Virus record (IMG/VR): IMGVR_UViG_3300012894_000005 | Span: 1-49,086 of that record | DNA: 49,086 nucleotides | Direction: 5' to 3' (one strand) | DNA from: a virus | Lineage: Duplodnaviria > Caudoviricetes | Notes under the pieces: generated by a model | The model's database searches: none | Seen by the model: the letters and a program-made list of their open reading frames with translations, nothing else | Told to the model about the DNA's origin: nothing | Shown: positions 1 to 7,118 of the stretch, piece by piece | Position numbering within the stretch: position 1 is the first letter of the stretch | Layout: each line of letters begins with the position of its first letter | Translations under genes and position numbers: made by a program

Positions 1-1
1 A

Positions 2-337
2 TTCGGCCTGCGGAAAGCGGCACAGGTGCCCGGTCAATTTCAAGACCTCGACTATGCCCTGCTGATTGGCGACCAAACCCAAGACCTGAATACAAGCCTT
101 GCCGGCAGTATTCAGCGGGTAGGGCCGATTGGGGATGGCGATTACGTCAAGCTGCGGCGGGCCGCCAGCGGCGCCTTTAGCCTCTCTACCTCCACAGACG
201 GCGCCACCTACAGCCCCATTGCCAGCGCCTACGACGGCAAGAATGACGCTGGCAACCTCTATATCCCCTTCGTGGCCCAGGACAACGGAACAGCCGCCCT
301 CATCGCTCCTGATTGCTTCAACTGTGCTACCCGCTAG
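2..337 (+). CDS. C-terminal part of a tail-associated protein (5'-truncated by the window edge)
   Basis: Frame is open from position 2 to TAG at 337. Beta-rich G/S/T/D sequence immediately before the lysis cassette. Confidence 0.55.
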   Translation, partial: FGLRKAAQVPGQFQDLDYALLIGDQTQDLNTSLAGSIQRVGPIGDGDYVKLRRAASGAFSLSTSTDGATYSPIASAYDGKNDAGNLYIPFVAQDNGTAALIAPDCFNCATR

Positions 338-350
338 CCCCCTATTCTCA

Positions 351-977
351 ATGCCCCTGCGCGCTACTTTTTATGAAACAATCAAACTGCTTGGCTTCCG
401 AAGCCCAGGCGACTTGCTGTCCGGCGCGTTTGGGGTAAAAACATACAGCCTGCCCGTGCTACAATACCTAGCTGGCGGGGCGTTGCTAGCCGCCCTCACG
501 GCCTTTTGCACGCGATGGATTTGGAATCCTCCCAGCGCATTACTGCTACTGATTTTCTTGGACTTGGCCAACGGTTATTATGGATATCAGGTTAGCAAGC
601 GGCTTAAGAGAATACCTTTCAAATGGTCTGAATTCCAGCGATTAGGCGGCATTTTAATGTCCACTATAATCGTAATGGCTATCGTTCGCAATGCCATTCA
701 CTCTTATCCCTACTATGACTTCCTGGCTGACCTCGTGTTCGGCTGGCTTTTCGCCACCAAGGCGCAAAAAGTAGTGAGCAAAATGGTGGCCTTGAAGGTG
801 CAGGAAGAAGGCGCTGCTAGCCTCTTTCAGTTTGCACTCAAGTGGCTACTGCAAAGCAAACTAGGCGCACTAGTGGTCGATGAAGTGCAGCGCCGCGAAA
901 CCCCCATCCCCAATGACCAAGAAACCGGAGCCACGCCAAGCAACCAAGAAAGCCAGCCAGGCCAAACCACTTCCTAA
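351..977 (+). CDS. Phage holin family protein
   Basis: ATG at 351 (the ORF-track start at 129 overlaps the upstream gene). Several TM segments, including LLLLIFLDLANG. First gene of the lysis cassette. Confidence 0.75.
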   Translation: MPLRATFYETIKLLGFRSPGDLLSGAFGVKTYSLPVLQYLAGGALLAALTAFCTRWIWNPPSALLLLIFLDLANGYYGYQVSKRLKRIPFKWSEFQRLGGILMSTIIVMAIVRNAIHSYPYYDFLADLVFGWLFATKAQKVVSKMVALKVQEEGAASLFQFALKWLLQSKLGALVVDEVQRRETPIPNDQETGATPSNQESQPGQTTS

Positions 978-983
978 GAAGCC

Positions 984-1109
984 ATGAAGACAGCTAGCTA
1001 CATCATAATTGCCCTCTGCCTGATTTGGATTGTGGGGGCCAGCTCAGGCCATGTCACTTGGCGCGGCAAAGTCTATTCTTGGCGCGGGCCATTTCTCTCC
1101 AAAAAATGA
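984..1109 (+). CDS. 41-aa single-TM membrane protein in the lysis cassette
   Basis: MKTASYIIIALCLIWIVGASSGHVTWRGKVYSWRGPFLSKK; ATGA overlap with the next gene. Confidence 0.55.
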   Translation: MKTASYIIIALCLIWIVGASSGHVTWRGKVYSWRGPFLSKK

Positions 1110-1387
1110 CCCATCCCAACACTTTTGGCTACCGCGTCGCAGGCCTGGCGCTGGCCTTGCTATTGGCCTGGCTGCTAGCCGGCTGCGAGAGTCAGCAGAC
1201 TAAGCAAGCCCGCGCCATTAAGCAGCATCAAGCTGCTGTCCTAACTCAAGCCCGCGCCGATAGCGCCGCCGCCGCCGCCCACGTCGATTCCGCCACCACT
1301 TACCGCCAACGTCAACATGCGCTTCGCCCTACTGCTGCTGATACTACTGCCCTTCGCAAGTTTTTCACAAACTATTTCGGGTGGTAA
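1106..1387 (+). CDS. Lipoprotein, putative o-spanin-like
   Basis: Signal peptide ending in a LAGC lipobox, then an Ala/Gln-rich helical region; lies in the lysis cassette. Confidence 0.6.
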   Translation: MTHPNTFGYRVAGLALALLLAWLLAGCESQQTKQARAIKQHQAAVLTQARADSAAAAAHVDSATTYRQRQHALRPTAADTTALRKFFTNYFGW

Positions 1388-1664
1388 GGTCTGCTTTACC
1401 CCTGCCGAGGCCGCGCAGGTAGCCGACAGCCTCAAGGTGCTGCCCCTTGTGCGAGCCGAGGCTGCGCAGTGGCACCAGGCCAGCGGTTACTTCCAACGCC
1501 AGGCTGCGGGGACTGCTACGGCCCTACAAGACGAGCGCCACCTAACGGCCATCGCCAATGAGCGGGCGGGCAATTACCAACGCAAAGCCCGCCGCCGGGG
1601 GCTGCTCAACTGGCTATTTCTCGCTGTGGCTGGGGGCGTTACCGCCCTGGCTGTAACCCGCTAG
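1317..1664 (+). CDS. Putative spanin partner (signal peptide, coiled coil, C-terminal hydrophobic segment)
   Basis: Starts MRFALLLLILLPFASFSQ and ends RKARRRGLLNWLFLAVAGGVTALAVTR. Overlaps the lipoprotein gene by 71 nt. Confidence 0.55.
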   Translation: MRFALLLLILLPFASFSQTISGGKVCFTPAEAAQVADSLKVLPLVRAEAAQWHQASGYFQRQAAGTATALQDERHLTAIANERAGNYQRKARRRGLLNWLFLAVAGGVTALAVTR

Positions 1665-1667
1665 GCT

Positions 1668-2111
1668 ATGGTTATCTCCATCATCCGCAGGCCTAGCGAA
1701 AAGGGCTGTACGATAAGCACTTGGTACGTCGATAACCAACCCTTTTGCGTGGGGTTGGAGGACGTGGTACGCGGGCAGGGGCAGCCTAAAATATTCGGGC
1801 AAACGGCTATCCCTACCGGCTCCTACCAGGTCAAGGTGACGATGAGTACGCGCTTCAAACGCCGCCTGCCCCAGCTGTTCGACTTCCCTGGCAAGGTGAC
1901 GATGTTCGGCAACCGACCCATCGGCGCCTGCGGCATCCGGATTCATCCGGGGAATTATGCGACTGATACGGAGGGCTGCCTACTACCAGGGCTTACGGTG
2001 GCTGCGGGGGATACGATGGTCACGAACAGCCGCATCGCCTTTGAAAAGCTCTTTGCCCGCATCGAAACGGCTATTGAGAAAGAAGAACCTGTGACAGTAA
2101 CAATCCGATGA
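1668..2111 (+). CDS. DUF5675-family protein (L,D-transpeptidase-like fold, putative cell-wall enzyme)
   Basis: Motifs TAIPTGSY, SxRFKRRLP and IRIHPGNxxxDTEGCLLPG. Confidence 0.8.
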   Translation: MVISIIRRPSEKGCTISTWYVDNQPFCVGLEDVVRGQGQPKIFGQTAIPTGSYQVKVTMSTRFKRRLPQLFDFPGKVTMFGNRPIGACGIRIHPGNYATDTEGCLLPGLTVAAGDTMVTNSRIAFEKLFARIETAIEKEEPVTVTIR

Positions 2112-2551
2112 ACAACCTGAAAGTAGACGCCGCCGGCCGGGCCTTCATTGCCCGCGAGGAAGGCGAGATTCTGCACGCCTACCGGGATGCCGGCGCGGTG
2201 CTCACCATTGGCGTGGGCCACACTGGCCCCGACGTGCACGTGACAAGCACCCTTACCCACGACGCCAGCCAGCGGCTGCTCACGCAGGACCTGGCCCGAT
2301 TCGAGGCAGCTGTGAACCGCCTAGTAAAGGTGCGGCTCAGTCAACACGCCTTCAACGCCTTGGTATCATTCGCCTTCAATCTAGGAGAGGGCAGCCTAGC
2401 TAAATCCAGCCTGCTGAAGCTTGTGAATGCAGGCAGTACAGACGCTGGGGCCATTACGACCGCCTTTCGCCTGTGGCGCAACGTGAACGGCAACCCTAAT
2501 GCAGCCATCGAGGCCCGCCGCAAGCGCGAGGCCGCTTTATTTCTCACTTAG
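2108..2551 (+). CDS. Endolysin, GH24 lysozyme
   Basis: EEG...AYRD...TIGVGHT catalytic E/D/T motif; FNALVSFAFNLG; RRKREAALF. Confidence 0.93.
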   Translation: MNNLKVDAAGRAFIAREEGEILHAYRDAGAVLTIGVGHTGPDVHVTSTLTHDASQRLLTQDLARFEAAVNRLVKVRLSQHAFNALVSFAFNLGEGSLAKSSLLKLVNAGSTDAGAITTAFRLWRNVNGNPNAAIEARRKREAALFLT

Positions 2552-2669
2552 CTGCACGTATAAGCATTTCTAAAACAGCCGCTTGGCTTACTCCTTTCTG
2601 TTCGGATAGGTCTTTAAGCTTATCAAGCGCAAGTTGCGAAAGAGCAAAAGATGTTCTTTTTTTAGCCAT
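2544..2669 (-). CDS. 41-aa ribbon-helix-helix (CopG-like) regulator, missed by the ORF track
   Basis: MAKKRTSFALSQLALDKLKDLSEQKGVSQAAVLEMLIRAAK; divergent from the HNH gene. Confidence 0.75.
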   Translation of the reverse strand: MAKKRTSFALSQLALDKLKDLSEQKGVSQAAVLEMLIRAAK

Positions 2670-2674
2670 TGCAT

Positions 2675-2723
2675 ATGTGGTAAACATGTGGTAACTTTAT
2701 ACCACATTAATACCACAAAGTTA
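2675..2723. promoter_or_regulatory. Divergent promoters with four TGTGGTA operator half-sites
   Basis: ATGTGGTA at 2675 and 2686; TACCACA at 2700 and 2711. Minus-strand TAACTTTG at 2716-2723; plus-strand TAACTTTA at 2692-2699. Confidence 0.7.
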
Positions 2724-3190
2724 TGGCAAATAAATATAAACCCATCGAAGAGCGGCTTTGGGAAAAGGTCGATAAGTCAGGCGAGTGCTGGCAATGGACG
2801 GGGGCTGTGACCGGTCCCGGTTATCTCGATGGCAAGGGCTATGGCACAATCAGCTATAAGGGCCGCGCAGCACGTGTTCATCGAGTATCATTTGAGATGA
2901 CTAATGGGCCAATCCCCGACGGTATCATGGTTTGCCATAAATGCGACAACAGGTTATGCGTGAACCCGTCGCATCTCTTCCTGGGCACCGGCCAAGACAA
3001 CTTGAGTGATATGGCAAACAAGGGGAGACACCATCAGCAAGTCAAAACTCATTGTGTTAATGGTCATGAGTTTACGCCTGAGAATACTTACAAGACAAAG
3101 GCGGGTGGGCGCGCCTGCCGAGAATGTACCATTTCTCATGTCAAAGCCTACAAAAAAGCTAAGCGAATCCAAAATAAACTCACTCACTAA
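2723..3190 (+). CDS. HNH homing endonuclease
   Basis: CWQWTG, VHRVSFE, VCHKCDNRLCVNPSHL and a C-terminal THCVNGH...CREC zinc finger. Confidence 0.9.
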   Translation: MANKYKPIEERLWEKVDKSGECWQWTGAVTGPGYLDGKGYGTISYKGRAARVHRVSFEMTNGPIPDGIMVCHKCDNRLCVNPSHLFLGTGQDNLSDMANKGRHHQQVKTHCVNGHEFTPENTYKTKAGGRACRECTISHVKAYKKAKRIQNKLTH

Positions 3191-3203
3191 CCCCATTTCA
3201 CAC

Positions 3204-3392
3204 ATGAAATTCTTCCTTATCTTCTTCGCCGTGGCCATCCTTGTTTGTGGCGGCTTCTGGATTAGTGACGGCCCCGGCTCAGGCATGGCCTGGCCGACGG
3301 GCATTTTTGCACTGCTGCTGACTGGGGTGCTCATCTATAATAAGGTGTGGCGCGGGGGCTGGCTTAGCGACAACGCAAACAACCGCCCCTAG
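3204..3392 (+). CDS. Small two-TM membrane protein
   Basis: ATG at 3204; two hydrophobic segments. Confidence 0.6.
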   Translation: MKFFLIFFAVAILVCGGFWISDGPGSGMAWPTGIFALLLTGVLIYNKVWRGGWLSDNANNRP

Positions 3393-3684
3393 CCGGCTTC
3401 TGCTGTACTACTCAACCCTGACGCGGGGCTGCATTGTCTGCTTCTCGCACATAAAGCACATCCCCCCAGCGCGTTCGCACGCACAAGGGCCGTAATAGGC
3501 AGGGTCTACTTCCTTGGCAAATGCCTTCACCAAGCCGCGCACCTGTTCGACAGGCACACCATATCGGTTAGCTGAGGAAGTAATTCCCTTGTTTAGGGCG
3601 TGTTCTAGTATGTCTCCGGCGTAGGCCTCCATAGGATAAAGATAAAAACTTGTGAGTGTCTAGCCCCCGGCTTCTGCTGTACTA
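3393..3684. repeat. 18-bp direct repeat CCGGCTTCTGCTGTACTA flanking a gene cassette
   Basis: Exact copies at 3393-3410 and 3667-3684. Confidence 0.85.
3408..3632 (-). CDS. Hypothetical protein with a Cys-rich C-terminus
   Basis: ORF with CACERAGGMCFMC, bounded by repeats. Confidence 0.6.
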   Translation of the reverse strand: MEAYAGDILEHALNKGITSSANRYGVPVEQVRGLVKAFAKEVDPAYYGPCACERAGGMCFMCEKQTMQPRVRVE

Positions 3685-3697
3685 GTGGGGCCGCCGA

Positions 3698-4252
3698 CTA
3701 ATGTTCGACTAATCTGGCCTTTGTATCAGCAATAATACTCTGATTTTTAGCAGTTACGGCAGGCTTTGACTTTGGATATAGACGCGAGCCATCGGGTAGC
3801 AGGGTGCTATTGCTATCATCTAGTACAAAGCCACCCCCTGCCGCCTGCGGTTCTTCGGCTAAATCAACCCCGAAGTCTTGTAGGCCAGCTTCGTCTAGCG
3901 CAAAAAGCAGCTCATCCAAAAGCGCCTGCTGGGTATATGCTAGCCGTTCTTCTGCTTCAATATCGGCAAAACTCAGTGCAGCATTGTCGTACACGTTCCG
4001 CTCATACAGCATGGCCGCGTGAAGTAGCTCATGCTGTATGATGGACGGGGCAAAGTCTTGGCTGCTAAAGACAATTCGACCTAAACACCCATCGGCTGGC
4101 GGGGCATGAAATATCCGCCCAACCACGATGGCATTGAACTCATCCGGCCCACCATAACTGGCAACGTCGGCCTTCGCTTTGGCAACAGTATCAAATAAGG
4201 CAACCTCAAAAAAGTGGCGGCCATCGTTGGCGCTGATTTGCAATTGATTCAT
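3698..4252 (-). CDS. Hypothetical HExxH metallopeptidase-like protein
   Basis: QHELLHAA followed by a downstream EERLAY. Confidence 0.6.
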   Translation of the reverse strand: MNQLQISANDGRHFFEVALFDTVAKAKADVASYGGPDEFNAIVVGRIFHAPPADGCLGRIVFSSQDFAPSIIQHELLHAAMLYERNVYDNAALSFADIEAEERLAYTQQALLDELLFALDEAGLQDFGVDLAEEPQAAGGGFVLDDSNSTLLPDGSRLYPKSKPAVTAKNQSIIADTKARLVEH

Positions 4253-4267
4253 GGCTCTCGCTGCTTC

Positions 4268-4564
4268 TGTGTTACGCTTGTGGGGCCGAATCCAGTTTTA
4301 GGTAAATGGTGAAGTCCACATTGTTTGTGCAAGTGTCGTGATAGACTTCTAACAACCGCTCGCCAAAGTGCTTGCGGAAAGCGGCCATCACGGCATTAAA
4401 AGGCCCATCAGTAGCATCGCTAATGCCTGTTCGAGAAGTGCAGCGAATGCTGTTCGCCCGGTCACTGCGCTCGCGCACGGTATAGGCGGGGAGGATGCGG
4501 CGCACAACGGCCATGTCGGTTTGCAAAGTATTGTTCATAGGATTTGGTGTGTTACGCTTGTGGG
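4268..4564. repeat. 17-bp direct repeat TGTGTTACGCTTGTGGG flanking a gene cassette
   Basis: Exact copies at 4268-4284 and 4548-4564. Confidence 0.85.
4272..4538 (-). CDS. Hypothetical protein
   Basis: 88-aa ORF in a minus-strand operon. Confidence 0.65.
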   Translation of the reverse strand: MNNTLQTDMAVVRRILPAYTVRERSDRANSIRCTSRTGISDATDGPFNAVMAAFRKHFGERLLEVYHDTCTNNVDFTIYLKLDSAPQA

Positions 4565-4572
4565 AGAGGGGG

Positions 4573-4809
4573 CTAGAAAATTCCGGTAGCTGTGCAATTG
4601 TGAAAGTCCTTAACCTCGACTAGCTGCAAGCCTTGGTTTGCCACGCGAGCAAAAGGCCGCCCATATAGCTCTTCCATTCGCAAGTACATAGGCTCTAAGT
4701 CGCGCTGCTCAAATTCTTGGAAGTAAGCCAAGCATTCACTTTCGCCTAGTACTAACTCGATGGTGCCATAGCTAAAAGCAATGTGGTGGATTTTGTCGCC
4801 CGCCTGCAT
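4573..4809 (-). CDS. Hypothetical protein
   Basis: ATG at 4809 (MQAGDKIHH), directly after the stop of the upstream ORF. Confidence 0.55.
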   Translation of the reverse strand: MQAGDKIHHIAFSYGTIELVLGESECLAYFQEFEQRDLEPMYLRMEELYGRPFARVANQGLQLVEVKDFHNCTATGIF

Positions 4810-4810
4810 A

Positions 4811-5002
4811 CTAGTTGGCCGATTGAAGGTGAAGGCAGCACAACCACGCATTGCTGTCATTGATGCGAGAAGCCCACAGCCGCCGAAGCGCCTTTTTGGT
4901 CCCAGGTATATCCCGCTTGCCATCGAAAGCAGGCGGGCACCAAGTGCGCTTGCCCATGTTAATTACATAGGTCAAAGGCGGGCATTCGGCTGTGATTTCC
5001 AT
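4811..5002 (-). CDS. Hypothetical protein
   Basis: 63-aa ORF, first of the minus-strand operon, after an AT-rich divergent region. Confidence 0.5.
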   Translation of the reverse strand: MEITAECPPLTYVINMGKRTWCPPAFDGKRDIPGTKKALRRLWASRINDSNAWLCCLHLQSAN

Positions 5003-5070
5003 GCACTAAAGATACCAAATAAACACAACATACACAAGCAATAACCGTATAATAATCAACAAAATACCCC

Positions 5071-5610
5071 ATGCTACTAAGCCTTATTCCCCTGCTCTCG
5101 CTACTGGCTGTTGCCTTCCTGGCGTGGGCCTTCTGGCTACTCCCCCGCGAGGTGTTTCTGAACGCCGAACTGATAAAGGCAGACGGGGCCGCCGACTCAC
5201 TCAAGGAAGGTTTCCACGCGCGGCGCACCTGGATTCGCTTCTGGCAGTGGCTGGGCTGCACGGCCGCCGGGAGCCTGCCGGCGCTGCTGTGGGGCACGCC
5301 CTGGCCCGTGGTGGCGCTCACTTTCTTGGGGCTAGGCATTCTGCTAGCTGGCTTCTTTGCCGCGGCCTTCACCCCAGCGTTGAACGTGGCCCGCGGCCTT
5401 GATAAGTGGTACGTGAGTTTCGCCGACCGCGCGGCGTCCTGGCCCGACTCGAAGCTAGCCAGCGAGGCCCGCGCGGCCTATCCCAACGACCCAGCTAAGC
5501 AAGTCGAGTACGCCGCCCACGCGCTGGAGCGACTGAGCGGGCAGACTCTCTTTGGTACAGCGGCGGCAGCAGGCCTGCTCATCGTCGCCGCACTCGTTAT
5601 TCATTTCTAA
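5071..5610 (+). CDS. Multi-pass membrane protein
   Basis: About four hydrophobic segments. Confidence 0.7.
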   Translation: MLLSLIPLLSLLAVAFLAWAFWLLPREVFLNAELIKADGAADSLKEGFHARRTWIRFWQWLGCTAAGSLPALLWGTPWPVVALTFLGLGILLAGFFAAAFTPALNVARGLDKWYVSFADRAASWPDSKLASEARAAYPNDPAKQVEYAAHALERLSGQTLFGTAAAAGLLIVAALVIHF

Positions 5611-5693
5611 GAAAGTAAAGCCGCCGCCGGACTCATGTTCACGCAGTAGACCTATTCTGAAAACGTGTACACTTTTTGGCGATTCGTAAACAT

Positions 5694-6161
5694 ATGGCAT
5701 ACGACCAGCACCTTTCCGCCCTGCTAGCCACCCACGCCGCCGAGCTGCAACGCCTGCTGCCCCCGCACCTGTGGCCACTCCCTGCCGACTTGCCTCACAA
5801 GGCCTGGGGGGATGACTTCGTAGTCTATGAGTTGGGGCAGCTAGCTGATGGGCGCTGGGCCAAGCTGCACCACTTCTTACGCCCCGACGCCGGCCCGCCC
5901 CACTGCCATTGGTGTGAAATTGAGTCGCATGGCCTCAAAGGAGACTATGTAGAGCGCATCTATCGCAACGGCCTGACCTGGGACGTGCCGCGGCCGGCCA
6001 GCGGGCATCACGTAATCGACGCCGAAACCACCCACCGCCTGATAGCCCTGCCCGATGGCGACGCCTGGACCGTATGCTTTACTGGCCTAGCCATTCGGGA
6101 GGGACACCACCACCCCGAAATTATTGAGGAGCCAGGTTCGCGTTACCGCCTGGCCGCCTAG
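5694..6161 (+). CDS. Cupin-fold metal-binding protein
   Basis: LHHF..PD...PHCH.....SHGLKGDYVE...THRL pattern; ends YRLAA. Confidence 0.65.
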   Translation: MAYDQHLSALLATHAAELQRLLPPHLWPLPADLPHKAWGDDFVVYELGQLADGRWAKLHHFLRPDAGPPHCHWCEIESHGLKGDYVERIYRNGLTWDVPRPASGHHVIDAETTHRLIALPDGDAWTVCFTGLAIREGHHHPEIIEEPGSRYRLAA

Positions 6162-6224
6162 CCCCCGCCCTGGCAGCCAGCTAAGCCTTATCAGAAACTG
6201 GCACTCCTTGCGTATATTTGTGTC

Positions 6225-6350
6225 ATGCAACCAACTAAGCCGCATACGGTTACGCAGCCTCTGCCGGCCGCGCAGCTAGCCAAGATGGCACAGGAATACG
6301 ACAACCGCATCCCCTATCCAGTGAAGACGCCCCGGCGCTACCACGGCTAG
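6225..6350 (+). CDS. 41-aa, probably leaderless, small ORF
   Basis: TATATTTG box at 6213-6220 with ATG at 6225; MQPTKPHTVTQPLPAAQLAKMAQEYDNRIPYPVKTPRRYHG. Confidence 0.4.
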   Translation: MQPTKPHTVTQPLPAAQLAKMAQEYDNRIPYPVKTPRRYHG

Positions 6351-6526
6351 GCCCCCTTCCCCTCTTACTAGGAGAGGTAGACAAATAGGAGTAGTAGCTT
6401 AAAAATGAGAAAGCGCCGGCCCCAATCACGGGGTATCCCAAACGGAGATATTGTTGCAGCCTCAATCTACTCCGCTCTACGATTAAGCAGTGGCAACACA
6501 ACCCACGATTGTTATTATATTTGCGC

Positions 6527-6616
6527 ATCCCGTTCATGTTGTTTGAATGAGCGAAGCTGCGCTCGCCACTTGGCGCGGCTTCAACCAAAAGCCACTCCGC
6601 CACAGAGTGGCTTTTG
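6527..6616 (+). ncRNA. Candidate ~90-nt small RNA (three consecutive hairpins)
   Basis: TATATTTG at 6516-6523. Stems 6531-37/6547-53 and 6553-62/6573-82; terminator-like stem 6586-97/6605-16. Confidence 0.6.
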
Positions 6617-6625
6617 TCTTTGCAG

Positions 6626-7118
6626 AGAATAGAATGAGGCCGGCTAGCCACACCATGCGCAGCTCCTTGTGAGGCACCTCACATCGTGTGCGCCTCATTC
6701 ACCCCTAGCTGGCCTAACCGGGGCCAGCACCAATACGAAGGCTGAAATACCCGATACGTAGCGGGACGCGTCAGCAGGGCCTTCGTGAATCTTGGCGGCC
6801 CGATGGCGTACTTCAGTATAGAGTAGGAAAACCGCTGCCAATAGAATGAGGGGGCTCTGAGCGCCGATGCGTTGCAGTTTAGATTCGGCCAACCCAAAAG
6901 GGGAGATGAAGCAACCACAGTACCCGCAACCTCATTCTCTTTTAGCCCACCCCACCGAAGCCCTACGTTGCACGTGGGAGATTTAGGTAGGTGGTGTGGG
7001 CCCGTTATCCGGCCTCGCTTAGTCGAGATACAGTTCTAGACAGAAAGAGGGAGCTACCTACCTCGCCGGATGTCACCCCCGAAGCCCCCGCCCCACTAGG
7101 AGCGGGGGCTTCTTTTTT
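6626..7118 (+). ncRNA. Large structured ncRNA, ROOL-like
   Basis: No credible ORF. Many successive helices with two pseudoknots; TGTCTTTG box at 6615-6622; terminator at 7081-7118. Sequence words resemble ROOL RNA (from memory, not searched). Confidence 0.7.
7081..7118 (+). terminator. Intrinsic terminator
   Basis: GAAGCCCCCGC / GCGGGGGCTTC 11-bp stem followed by TTTTTT. Confidence 0.85.

Noticed and set aside
129-350. N-terminal extension of the holin ORF
   Set aside because: Shadow of the upstream gene; ATG at 351 is the plausible start.
1317-1387. Frameshift fusing the two spanin-like ORFs
   Set aside because: Would need a +1 shift with no convincing signal, and the second ORF has its own ATG and signal peptide.
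6250-6918. ORFs 6250-6651(-), 6405-6632(+), 6679-6918(-) and 6695-6892(-)
   Set aside because: Weak starts, no recognisable motifs, and they overlap dense RNA structure.
7007-7072. tRNA-like cloverleaf with TTCTAGA (possible amber suppressor)
   Set aside because: No anticodon stem around CTA, no TTCRA T-loop, no U8 and no D-loop GG. Better explained as a domain of the large RNA.
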